DNA from: Chromera velia
Taxonomy: Eukaryota
Reading direction: 5' to 3'
Assembly: GCA_018398765.1 (NCBI GenBank)
Contig: JAHBMJ010000403.1
Span: 1 to 48,718 of the forward strand
Length of the DNA: 48,718 nt
Shown here piece after piece: positions 12,208 to 24,473 of this stretch (the first letter of the stretch is position 1; every line of letters begins with the position of its first letter). The notes below the pieces were generated by a model that made no database searches, had not been told where the DNA came from, and worked only from the letters and a program-made list of their open reading frames with translations. The position numbers were made by a program, and so were the translations under genes.

Positions 12208-15200
12208 CGATTCAGCCGTGCACTAGTTCATTTGTTTGACTCTTCAGGAACATTAGGAGAAGCTTTTATGCGTACACGCACATACAAAAGGCCAGGAAAG
12301 GCCGGGAAAGAATGGCAAGAAGTGAGCTGTGGATAAGTGCTGGAAAGGGAAGCATATTGGAAGACATTCAGTACCATGCCGGCAGACAGCCGATACAGCC
12401 GGAGAAGCGGACTGGGTGGCAGAGACAGATTAAGAAATGTAACCAGCTACTCACCACATGCAAACACACATACACACACATACACACACACACAGAGAGA
12501 AAGAGAGAGAGAGACAAAGAGAGAGAGACAAAGAGAGAGAAATTTTTTTTGAAGAGAAAGAAAGAGAAAGTGCTAGAGCGCACTGGTGTTTTGGGTGGAG
12601 ACGGCACCACTTTAAGGGTCGGAAGGGTTCATCTTGAAGAGCAGAAACTCGATCAAAGAATACGATACAATTGAAATACTAGCAGATGGGAAGAAATACC
12701 TTCAAAGTTTTATAACAGACGGTTTCTATCAGGTAATTTTATTGGTTAACTGACTGATCGGCTGATTTCAATGCATTTCATGCCCATTATTTTCCCACTT
12801 TAGCCATCTTTGGCGCCTGAGGCCTCGATCGATCCGGGCGCAGGGGGGGGGGCGGAGCCTGAGGTAGCTTAGCAGCTGAGGCCCATACACACGCGCGGGG
12901 GCGCCCCTAGCTGAGTGCATGGGGCGGCTGGTCCGGTGTTCCGCTGCATATAGCCACCCGAAAAAACCTCCGCCCCCCCCCGCCCGGGCCACCCCCCCGC
13001 AGTAGGAGCCCACCAGGGTTCGTTCAAGCTCTGGGCTTATATGGTAGCCTGAGCCTAGCTTTGAAATCTATTGCCGGGGGGGGTACGGGGGGGCGTTAGG
13101 AGGCGTTTAAGCTTAAACCCTTTCTAAATAAAGCGAAACAAAGCGAAGGACCTTTTCGTCGTTCCTTTGTGATCAGTAGTGATTAGTAGTGATCAGTGTT
13201 TTTATGTACCCTCCCGACGCTTTAGCCCGACAGATAGCCTGACATTAGCCTGAGAGTGTCACTACCCAGCCCACTACCCAATTATTAGAACCACGAGGTT
13301 AGGACCACCCAGACTGTTCTTCAAAAGATTTTCCAAAAAATTAATCATTTTTAAGCGGTATTTGATTTGAACTTTAAAGTTTTATCAATTTTTTAGTAAG
13401 CAGTAGTAAGCAGCCCCACGTACGAATTTGTACCACCAATTAAATACTACCAAAATCACTTTCTCACCATACTTTACGTATAGCACCATGCAATGCGCTG
13501 CTTTTCTGAAACATGATCGCTACCACAATTGGCTTTAAGTCCCAGAAACCACGGCCCCGGTATGCTTTTGACGTATATTTCAGATATTTCGATTCATTAA
13601 TTATTTTTTAAATTTCTATATAATTAATAATTAATTCAAAAAAAAATTTTCTGCATTTAAAACAATTAACTGACTCGCAAACCGAGTTTCATCATAACTT
13701 TCATGGGAAAAAAAAAAAAGATTGAAATAAAGACTGAAAGCATAATATCAGTGAAAATTGATCTATATATTATCATGTATGTATCTTTCAAGTTGAAACA
13801 TAAGCTATAGATCAATCAACTTCTGATAAATTAAGCTCCACACCAGGCTCCACATATGATTGCCGTATATTGCCGTTGGCTTTGTTCTTTTCCAAATTCC
13901 AAATCTTTCTGGGTATGTTCCCTTCTAGGCTCCCTTCTCTTTGAAATCTTTTTAGATCCGACGACTACTACGGCAACAACAAAACCTTGATTTCATGCAA
14001 AGAAAAATAACCTAGAAAAGAACGCTGCGACGATGAACTCGAAAGGTCCGGCCTAGCTTTATGTCTCTCTCTAGGTCTCTCTCAGTGTCATTGTCGTACC
14101 GCCCTGACTCGAGAGTCGCCTTGTCTGCCTGTATACACGTTGAATCTGTTACCGTTGCAGACGCGCGTGCCGATGTTGCGCTCTCGATTCACCTTTTCTC
14201 ACTTCTCTTTATACCAGTTGTCTCCCTTCGTTTCAATCTCTCTTCAGACCCCCCGACCACGAAGGTTAGCCAACGTCGAGTCCTCCCTGCCCGTTCTCCC
14301 CTCTCCTGCAGACTTCAGACAAACCTGCAGGAACCGAGACAGAAGGAACGTCCAACCCGAATGAAAGGAGAGGGAGTCCAGGCGCAAGGGAACGCGCAAG
14401 GGAACCTATGCACTCTTTCAGGATGCACTCGATCGATCACAAACAAACTCAGGGCGCCTTTTGCCAGGTCATCCGAATTCCCGCTCTTCTTTTTTCGGCG
14501 TGATGCTGGTCTTGTCGACGAGTTGGAGAGAACTTAGACGACTGACTCAAGCGCACCTGTCGGTGAGGATGAGTCGGCCTCAAAGTTTGGGTTTGCGGGA
14601 TGAAGGGAGGCAGAAGTGGGGCAGGACTCGATCGGAATCCCGGCCCTTAACTGGCTAATTGAAGGGTAATTGCTTCTTCAACCTAACAAGAGGTAGGTAG
14701 GCACTGTGCCCTTCTGACTACTTCTTTGCTTTCCCGTCTAAGTACTGCTGCATGTCCTTGTCGTCAAAGTGCTCAGAGAAACCCGCAGCGCCACCTTTCG
14801 GCACACTCGCCTTCGTCTTCGCTGCCGTGTCAGACGATCCAGTGCCGGTCTTCCCCTTTGCCTCCTTTGCACGCCGTGCTCGCTGCTCTGCGAGAGCCTG
14901 TTGACCTCTCTGGTGAGGAGTTAGGCCCTGGCCCCACATGACTGTCAGCAGTTGATCGAGTCAATAGGGTGGTGAACGCTTGCATCCAGTCGTATATACA
15001 CGATCACAGCAACAGAGGGGCGGTGTCTTCTTGAGTAAAGACGCCTTCGGGAGTTTCTGCACAGACAAACAGGTTTGGCAACCAGGTGAACAACAAGCTT
15101 CGCAGCTGGCACTGATAGTCATCCTGCATGCGAAGATCTGGACGCCTGACCTTTCCTCCGAATTCAGAGATGCAAGGGAGGGGCCCATGTTTAATGTCGA

Positions 15201-15871
15201 CAGCCTCAGAGCCGCTCGCTCCGCTCGCAACTCCAAAGGCCCCGGAGCTAGGCCGGGCATGAATGAATTACAGCTCCGCCCTCCGTGGGGCCATTGATGC
15301 ATCGGTGTGGAACCCAGGCAGGGGCCGCTCCGTCACTTAAGTTGGGGCTGGGGAACAAAAAATGCCTTGGGGGGGGGAACAACCGCGCGCGAAGCGCGTG
15401 GTTGTGACACAAAACGTTCAAGCGCGCTTCGCATGTACTCTGTTTAAAGTCAGAGAGAAATAGTTTAACATTTCAGAAACAGTAAAAACTAAATCTTCAA
15501 ATTATTATTTCAAAAAATATCTAAGTTAACTTATGTAATTTAGACATTAAATTTTTTTAAATATACGAATAATGCGATCCAATTTTTAATATAATGTAAA
15601 ACATTGATATATCTATTAACTATAGAATTAATCATTCAACTAATCAACAATAAATAAACATGATAATGACGATTTTATATGATATTGACGTTTTGTTTTA
15701 ATGACCATTTTGATGGGCATTTTCCCTCCCTTCCATGCATTTAACAAGCGCTTCACCTTTTCCTCTGAGGAACTGTGAATACCTCCCATGCTTTTCATGA
15801 CAATGTACAACATCTTTGCGAGGAAAGTTGTGAAAGGGAGCATCTGCATACAATTTTTTACAATGGGGGCA

Positions 15872-18800
15872 TCATAATTTTTTCTTAATTTTTTTTTTCA
15901 TTTTTGCTTGTCTTTTCAATTCTGGAATCGCTGCTTCAAAGTCACTTCTAGTTGGCCAGAATTTTGTACACCAGTAGAGACTCTGAATTCGTCTGTGCGC
16001 AGACATGGGCTCACCGCATATGACTTCAACACCATTCATTTTCATAATTCTCTTGCAACAATTTGCTGTGTCTGCAGGCTGGATGTTGGGAGTGGCTGCA
16101 GAGGAGCTTACAGAAGAAGCTGCAGCTGCAGCTGCATGTTGAGACTGGGGAGGGAGCACAAGGGGGGCATCTTCGTCTAACTCCCTACCTTGAGGATCCT
16201 CCATACGAACATCTTCTCCGTCTATCAACCCCCCCCCGGCCTACTCTTCAGATCTCTCCCTTTCCTGCCTAGCCTCCTGCAGAGCCACCTCCCTTCCTGG
16301 CAGAGGAACAGAAGGAAAAGTGTCAGCAACTACAGCTGCTCTACTCAGCACGGTGGGTACAGACTGGGCAACGAAGGAGCTGTTGTGTACCAGCCCCACG
16401 TGACCTTGTACAGACATGTTATTCATGCACTCCTGCACTGCGGTCCTCTCTTTATTTTTGTTCAAAAAGATTCTAATCAGAGCCGGGGTGGTGCTCAGAA
16501 GAGAAAGGGGGGCAAGTCTCTCCAGGTATTGCTTTCGGATCAGCCGAACCTTTTCGTATTCTTTCCAAATTATGTGTTCATCCTTCCCCTCAGTGGCCAG
16601 AGTCTCTACAAGCTTCGCAAGCTCTAGGTACTGTGAAGGACATTTGTTTACCCCCCTTCCTGTTCGCCCCCCCCTGCGCTTTGCTGCAACACTCTCAGCT
16701 TCTACACCCTCTTCTACAGGCTCACTGCCCCTGTCTTCTCCTCTCTTCTCCTTTAAATCTTCTTCCAACTGTGTGATTTCTTCTACGGACAGATCGGCAT
16801 TAATCCTTACAACTTCAGAGAGGGACGTGTACTATTTTGTAATCAAATCATCGACCCTCCCTCCGTCTGCTGATTCCAGCTCTTCAACAAGGTCACGAAC
16901 CTCGTTCTGCGCCTCTTCCTGCCACTCTAACAAACACGCACGTGCGTAGGGCATTCCAAACTAGTGCCCTTCCACCAGGTCTGGTCGGTAGATCTTTTTC
17001 CACCCAGCCTCTCCTGCTCTTTCACTATCAACCTCATTCCCCCACAACTCGTCATACTGGTCGTTGGCTGGTTTCAAAATGGAAATGTCTGCATTTGGGA
17101 GAGAAGGGAGACTATTGTCCTGCAAGCGTCTCTGCGTCATGCGATGAACGGTAAGCTTCATTGCTGCGTTGCTGAGACCAGCTCCACAGCTGCTGCCCTT
17201 CAAAGCAAAGTCCAGCTCAAGATGGGACCTCTTATTTCCATTGCTACCCCGAAATTCGTCCTACTCAGGGATGGGGTATGAGAGTCCTGCAGGGCCTTTG
17301 ATCGGGGACTGTCTCTTCTCCATATATAGCTCAACACCGAGGGGGTCAGACAGACATCCGTTATCTACGTACACCATCTATAACTCCTATATTCTTTCCC
17401 ACTTCTCACCAGCTGGTTTCACCCCGTCGTTCTTGATAAGCTCAAACGCGAGCTTCACGGGCAAGACGCGCTGCCTCAGCTCAAGGGGACCGGGAATCAG
17501 CCTTCGCACTCTCAATAGAATATGCTTAGCGGTGACCCACCGCTTTGCTTTCGCTGGCTCATCGAGACCGTATACGACCTGGAGAGTAGACAAAAGCTCT
17601 TCAAAGTCATGGTCATTTTTTTTTGAAAACGGCTTGAGAGAGGGTACTCAGGAAGGGGCCAACCATAAGGTGGGAAACATGAGATATTCTGGCCAGAAAG
17701 CGTCTTATCCAATACCATGGATCAAGGCGCACAAAAATGAGATTTGGAATAGAAGAATGATTCTAGTGCCTTGTTGCCCGCTGCGATCCCCATCTTCTCT
17801 CCTTCCTGAACAGCAATCACAGTCTGTGTACCCTACTTGAGCGAGCTTGGGCTCAACATCTTCTTCATCTTCATCGTCGAATTCGTCGTCGTCTGCTACT
17901 AAAGAAGGGCAAAGGGGATCGTCAGACGCCTGGGCGAGTTCGCTTTCCTCCAACCCTTCTTCTTCTCCTCTCTCTATCCTCATTTCTTCTCCCTCACCCT
18001 CTCTGTCTAAAGCAACACCGCCCCCCCCCATCTCTTCGTCTCCATCTCTTTGAGGGTGCCAACAGAACTGACGATGGGATGTTTTCTCGGATTCCAGAAA
18101 AAAACCTTCTTCAAAGTAAATTCAGCTGGCGAGGGAGGACACTTAAAAAATTAATGAGGGGACGTGGTTTTGAGGATCAATCCACCCTGACATCTCAGAT
18201 AGCTTGGGGTTTCCAGAATCATCAGACCCCACCTGTGCTTTGACCTGCTTCAAAATCTACTTTTCTTGGGCTTTTGGAATGCGTGGCCATCTACGATTCT
18301 CAAGTGGAGCAGAAAGGGGGGCAGAAGGGGGGGAGAACAGTGCTTGGGAGGGAGGTGGTTGGGCTGGTGCTGAAGAAGAGGAGGACGCAGCAGCTGCTGA
18401 AATTCCCGCAGAGTCAAGTGGAGCAGAAGGGGGGGCAGGAGCGGAGGGGAACGGTGCTTGGGGGGGAGGTGCTTGGGCTGGTGTTGAAGAAGAGGAGGAC
18501 ACAGCAGCTACTGAAATTCCTGCAGAGTGCACTGCAGCAGGCGCGGCAGCTGCTACAGCAACGCTAACGACAGGGACATCAGAGCGGCTATGAAGAAACT
18601 CTGTAGGGGGATCCATGTTGGGAGACTCCTGTACTTCAAGAGCAGTGTCCGCAGAGGGCCCGGTTCAGTAACAGCGCTCCTGTCACTCTCCTGTGTTTCC
18701 AAAACAGGAACTGCAAGACAGCAAAGCACAACAGAGGGTGACAGAGGGAAAGTGAATATGCATGAGAGAGAGTCCGAGAGTGACGGCAAGCAAAGTACAG

Positions 18801-19358
18801 CCCAATGCAAAAGCAAGCGGCCTGACGGGGAGGAAGGAGGAAAATGGAGGGAGGAAGCCAAGCGGAGACCACTGTACGGAGAGCACCACAAACAACCAAC
18901 CTGGGGCATGGAGGATGACAGAGGAAGCCCCTTGATCATCACTGGCTTGCCGTAGACCTTCTTTAAAGGCTGCAAAGAACAAAGCAGGGTGAAATTAACA
19001 GTGTAGACAGGTAGACACGTGAGGGCTATACACAGAGAGCAACACGAAGACCACCAGCAGAGTCAAAAAATGAAGTAGGCCATCACAGACCTTGCAAGAT
19101 AGTTGGTTGACTCTTGCTTGCGGGCACCACCTGAGGCTGCCAATGCTATCGGGAGGACTGTAGTCGGTTGGACCAGTCATGGTCGTGCCCACATATACAT
19201 CTTGATAACCAGTTAGTCCGTACAGGACAGTCCTTGACCTTCTCATACTTGCTCTTCCATGGTTCGCTCTTGGGATGGGACTTCCCAGGGTGCTCACGCT
19301 TTGCAAGAGCATCAATTCGATCCTCCCAATATGTACCTCCCTTAGCTGTTTTTGGCAT
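15872..19358 (-). pseudogene. Decayed Dada-like (DUF6729-associated) DDE transposase, intron-containing and internally deleted
   Basis: Manual minus-strand translation through stops gives motifs in the expected order: GWIDP..PPSPAEFTLKKVFFWNP (~18190-18085); VRLDPW(Y)WIRRF..SHLMVGPFLSTLSQAVF (DxxH region, ~17735-17625); RVRRLIPGPLELRQRV; NGCLSDPLGVELY; FRGSNGN(K)RSH (catalytic E position, ~17255-17222); C-terminal C..CGEPMSAH..YWC. From ~17593 to 15872 it is one frame with in-frame stops. Family assignment is from recalled motif similarity, not a search. Confidence 0.7.
18300..18527. repeat. 114-bp (38-codon) tandem duplication inside the transposase N-terminal Pro/Ala/Ser linker
   Basis: TCAAGTGGAGCAGAA...GAAATTCCYGCAGAG starts at 18300 and again at 18414. 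Confidence 0.9.
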
Positions 19359-19645
19359 GCGAGAGTAGCGTAGGCTCTGTAGGCGAGACAGCTAACTACT
19401 ATCACAAACCACCACCAACGTCCAAAACAGAAAAATGAGAGACCAGAGCCTCATCACGAATGATGACAGCTTCCAACACTTTCAACGCTCTAAGAGAATC
19501 ATGTTGATGGGAAAAACACATTTCAAAATGGATTATGTGTATGAAGAGAACAAGAACTGTGAGGCTGTCAGTGGTCATCGGTGGTCTCCGTGGTGGAGAC
19601 GGAGACCACGGTGCTGGTCTCCGTCCGAGGGTATATAAGTTGTGA

Positions 19646-21006
19646 GGGCATGCCGGGTTCTGTGTGCGCGCGCGAGCATCACCTCAGATGCATGTCGGCG
19701 CGGGGGATTAAGTGCCCCCCGGGCGGAGAGCTCCGTCCAAACATGTTTCAAGCCTTGCTCCGCTCTCCGGGGCTATGCAGCGCTGCATCCCAGGCCCTTG
19801 GGCAGATTCGAACATGTTCAAATCTGACGAGAATATGTTCGAATCTGCTATCAAACATTCGAATCCGCTGCCCCGTATGTTCGATTATGCGAAATCAATA
19901 CGTTCGAATGCTCTGACCTTTCGAACATGTTTGAATCTGCATAGTCTGCACATTCGAACATGCACAATATATGTTCGAATCTGTTATTCTGTACTGCTCC
20001 GACCCTATTCATCAGAAGGCAGCCAGAATCTAGTAAAATCTCAAAGGGACCTAGTCCTAGCCAGAGACATGACATAAGCCCCGTATAGTGTAAGAGTCTA
20101 ACGTTGAATGCTGTGTTCAATACTGTTTGCAGATCGATTTTCCCAAAGGGAATTGTTTTCCGAAAAGTGCAGAATTATCGATCTGATCTTATCTGAAGTG
20201 TCACTTAGATTTCTGATCTTGTTTAAATTTGCTGATTGAAAGACTTTGTGTTGCTCATTGAGTCTTCTAGAAAGTCTCTTGTGCATGCGACAGTCCATCT
20301 TTGGTGTGATGCAGGCCGCAGTTGGTTGGCTTAGCCTTGGCTTCACATGATTTTATCTCAGCATGGCTCGAAAGACTTCTAAGTCGAAAGACTAGGTCTA
20401 GGACTAGGTCTTAAAGGACTTTAGCTCGGCTTTGCTCACGGTATAAGTCTTTTAGCTTGGCCTTTCTCACTGCATGAATTCCATACTAGCCCTGACTAGA
20501 GCTTACTAGAGCTTTATATGGCTCGATCGGGTGTTTCAGTATTGCTTGGTTGGGTATTCTTCTAAGTCTAAGCCTTTTAGTACTTAGGGTTTAGATATTT
20601 CCATTTTCAAAGTTTGGGGTTCCACTACTACATAACACATGTCCCCTTTCAAAGTTTGGGGTTCCACTACTACATAACACTGTTCACATGTTTGAATCTC
20701 TCTCAGAACAAAATCGAATACTCTTTGTCAAAGATACGAATAAATTCAAACAGATTCGAACATATTTTTCACATTCAAACATGTTTTATTATATCACTCT
20801 CGAACGTATGTTCGATTACGGATTTGAACGTACGTTCGAATATTTACAGATTCGAATATTTTATGATGGATTTGAACATATTCTTGTCACATTTAAACAT
20901 GTTCAAATAGCCCCGGAAAGCAAAGCGGGGGGCATTTATAAAACAAAAATACCTCAGCCCACGCGTGCATGTACGCAGTGTGTCTTTTGCCAAAAACCCG
21001 GCCCTG
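19646..21006. mobile_element. Foldback/MITE-like element with long imperfect inverted repeats built from TTCGAA/AACATGTT palindromes
   Basis: 19805-19866 aligns with the reverse complement of ~20847-20908 at about 80% identity. Further patchy inverted matches lie outward (TCCGGGGCTAT, TGCCCCCCG, GCCGGGTT). No TSD found, so the ends are approximate. Confidence 0.6.
20605..20680 (+). repeat. Perfect 34-bp direct repeat, two copies separated by 8 nt
   Basis: TTTCAAAGTTTGGGGTTCCACTACTACATAACAC at 20605 and 20647. Confidence 0.95.
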
Positions 21007-22160
21007 AAAGGCTGAATTTGGGCTATGCGTACGTGAGATGGGTTTCAGATCTCCACTTACCCCCAGCCTTTTTTCCCGAGGGAGGGGGCCCTCGGTCTCG
21101 GTCTCGATCTTGGTAGACTTTCGTCCACCACGGGGCTGTGGCTATCCATTGGGATACACTCTTCCAGAGTCAGTCCCATACCCCATATGCATATCTGTTC
21201 CCCTTCCACTGGGGCAGTCTAGAAAAACTTCAGTTGTGCAGGATGTCAAATCTACTTCCCCTCACCCCTGCCTCTTCCACATGACAGTTCCATCTGACTA
21301 TCACTGCCTTGAAGCCCACCCTGCTTCATAACCTGAGAGCCTGAGACGGTGCTGTCATGTTCGAGGTCTCTCCTGCCTCTGCCCTTTCAGCCGTCTATTG
21401 TGCACCATGTCCAGCCCTGGACAAACCATTCGACTGAGTCTGGTGTTCTACCAGTTGCCGCGGCACTGTAGAGCACCCCCACCCCCCCATCCATCGCCAC
21501 CCTTTCCTTTTCTCTTGTATCTCTCTCTTCCCCCATCTCTTCCTTTCTCTTCCTGTCTTTTCTTTCTCTTCATCTTGCCCAAAGAAAACCAGACCTGCTG
21601 CTTGGCACCATTAATTGCGGTCCCAAGCCCGCCAGTGGTTCCTCCTTTCCCAACCCCCTCAGCATGTCAGCGGTTCCCGCCTTGCATCTCATTCCCTCCC
21701 ACCTCACCCATACCCTAATCATACCACTGACATGCTATATAGACCACCGCTTTGTCAATCACGGCGGTCTGCAGCCAAGAAAAAACTTCCTCTTTTGAGC
21801 AGTGAGGGAGAAAACCTAGCTTTTCCTTCCCCTTTTTAGCTCTTCCCACTCCCTATTTCCGTTCGGTCAGTTTTCCCCCTTCCTTCCCTTTCCCACCCTT
21901 TCTGACCAGAACAAGAGCTAGGGAAGGTTTGACAGTCATTTCCAGCCCGGTTTTATGACATACCAGCCTGCTTGACTGTCACAGCCGACCAAAAACTTCC
22001 GATTTGGCACTCAAAAGAGACAGTCGCCGAATTCTTGGCGCTACGCAGTGACTTGGTGCCCTTTCGTTTCTTTATCTCTAGAACATTCCTATTCTTTTTC
22101 TTTCTCCTCGCAGCGTCTCAGGGGAAAACCTCCAGGGACATGGAGGGAAAAACCTCCGAT

Positions 22161-22161
22161 T

Positions 22162-22197
<36 letters not shown>

Positions 22198-22225
22198 GAA
22201 GGAAAGAAAGAAGGAAGAAAGAAAG

Positions 22226-22264
<39 letters not shown>

Positions 22265-22469
22265 AAAAGAAAAAAGAAAGAAAGAAAGAAAGAAAGAAAG
22301 AGAGGGAGAGAGAGAGAGAGAGAGAGAGAAAGAAGGGAAGAAAGAAAGAAAGAAAGAAAGAAAGAGGGAGGAAGGGATAATATGTCTGAGAGGGAGGGAG
22401 AGAGTAAAGAGCAAATAGTGTGGGAAGAAGAACAATATGTACATGTATGTGTGCATGTGTGTACGTGTC

Positions 22470-22509
<40 letters not shown>

Positions 22510-22593
22510 TGTGTGTTTATGTGTGTGTATATGTATGTATTTATGTGTGTCTATATATGTATGTGTATGCGTGTGTATGTATGTGTGTGTGTA

Positions 22594-22634
<41 letters not shown>

Positions 22635-22678
22635 AGGTATATGTGTATATGTATGTATATGTGTATATTTGTGTGTGT

Positions 22679-22770
<92 letters not shown>

Positions 22771-22780
22771 GTGTGTGTGC
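22161..22780. repeat. Compound microsatellite: (GAAA)/(GA)n followed by (GT)/(GTAT)n
   Basis: Directly visible simple repeats. Confidence 0.95.
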
Positions 22781-23299
22781 ATGCATGTGTACTATGCGTG
22801 TCTTTCCTTTTTTGTGGTTGGTTTGTGTGTTTACAGTAGGGACGTCAGAAGGATGGTAATTACGCAGTGTTACGACCACCATGGGTGCACTGTCAGTAGA
22901 GATGGGACGCTCCGCTGGGTGACTTGGACGTACAGAATAGTCAGGGAAACAGTTAGAATTTGAGAGCGTGGGAAGATATGGGAAAAGAATTGAAGAGTTT
23001 GTTGTGTCCGTTTCTCTCTCTCCTCATTTCTCCCCATCTCCCTCCGTGCTCTTTTCATTTTTTTTTTTCTTCAGCTTCTGTCTTCTCTTTCCTTCCCAGT
23101 TCACATACCTTTCACTGTGAGCGGTCCATTTCTCGGTCCACGTAGTTTCTTTGGGCCGGTTCGTCTCCCATCCACTCATCGTTATCACTTGTGTCCTGCA
23201 TATAGATGCAACAATTCTTATGACATATCTAATTTCATTCATCCTTTCTCACTCGCCTTGAGGTTCATTCTTACTGATTCTCTTCTCGTTGTTTCTCCG

Positions 23300-23664
23300 T
23301 TTCTTTCTTTCTTTTCTTTCTTTCTTTCTTTCTTTTCTTTTCTTTTCTTTCTTTTCTTTTCTTTTCTTTCTTTTCTTTTCTTTCTTTCTTTTCTTTTCTT
23401 TCTTTTCTTTTCTTTCTTTTCTTTTCTTTCTTCTCTTTTCTTTCTTTTCTTTTCTTTCTTTCTTCTCTTTCTTTCTTCTCTCTCTTTCTTTTCTTTCTTT
23501 CTTTCTTTCTTTTCTTTCTTTTCTTTCTTTTCTTTCTTTCTTTCTTTCTTTCTTTTCTTTCTTTTCTTTCTTTTCTTTCTTTCTTTCTTTCTTTCTTTTC
23601 TTTCCTTTCTTTTTCTTCTTTTTTTTTCTTCTTTTTTTTCTTTTCTTTCTTTCTTTTCTTTCTT
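23300..23664. repeat. (CTTT)n-type tract, left flank of the LTR element
   Basis: Pyrimidine simple repeat ending exactly at the 5' LTR. Confidence 0.95.
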
Positions 23665-24386
23665 TGTGAAAGTAAACGACGGTCCCGTTCCTGATCGGAT
23701 TCGCGGAGGGTGAATTCCAGTCCCGGCATTTCCATTCGTCCCTTCGCCCCGAGCCAGAGAAAGGAGCGACGCGCACGCAGCGGCCCGTCCACATGGGGTG
23801 GCGGGACGCCTGCGACAGAGGTGTGCATGTTGTGAGTTCCATGGTATGGCCCGCATACACTTTGGCGTTAGAAATACACCCGAGGCACTCACCGTGGTGG
23901 TGTGTGCTCCAGGGCTTCATATGGGATTTAAATAGGCATCAAAATTAATTCCGGTCCCGAATTAATTTCCAGACAGTCAGACAGACGTGTACGGCGGTTA
24001 CCGGCCGTCTGAATGAGAGACGCGACCTAGGGATTGACAGAGCTTCATGTGTAGGATCTGTACTGTGCCCTGTGTCTCTCTGTGGTTCTCTTGTGCTCTG
24101 AATAATGCACGAGGCCACCAGCAGGAGCGTACTGTGGACTGTGGGGGTTCATAGATTTTCTGTCTGGTGAAGAGACTGATCAGATATTTATTTCGGATTA
24201 TGTGTATCGGTCTAGACGAGTACGTCACGGAGACGTATTCGCTGTGGTCCTTTAATAAGAAAGGGCCAGGAATTCGGGAGTATAGCAGTTTGAGGTGTCC
24301 TCTGGATAGGCTAGAGGATCGACAGGGGAGGGCCCATAGGATTCTACTGGAAGAATCTCAAGAGAGGTGAGACTCTACTTTTCACT
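23665..24386 (+). repeat. 5' LTR (722 bp)
   Basis: TGTGAAAGTAAACGACGG...GACTCTACTTTTCACT. Matches 38978-39726 with ~31 substitutions and one 27-bp indel (manual count). Confidence 0.95.
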
Positions 24387-24403
24387 GGCGCCGTCACTGA
24401 GGG
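24386..24403 (+). promoter_or_regulatory. Primer-binding site TGGCGCCGTCACTGAGGG
   Basis: TGG-initiated 18-mer directly after the 5' LTR, complementary to a tRNA 3' end (...TGACGGCG-CCA). The tRNA species was not identified. Confidence 0.8.
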
Positions 24404-24473
24404 AGTCTCCCGTTGTCATTCCGACAACATTCCCCTTGTTGTATTCCCGATTCCCTACTGCAGGTGACTTACC

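Noticed and set aside
15300..15330. tRNA B-box-like GGAACCCAGG as a Dada target
   Set aside because: It lacks the TTCRA core, and no cloverleaf or A-box could be built.
20605..20680. CRISPR-like 34-bp repeat
   Set aside because: Only two copies with an 8-nt spacer, eukaryotic context, no cas genes.
21100..22140. Possible decayed gag-like or other coding relic on the minus strand
   Set aside because: G/R/K-rich with many stops and no motif that could be supported.
22078..22963. His/Thr- and Cys/Val-rich ORFs
   Set aside because: Translations of (CA)/(GT) dinucleotide repeats.
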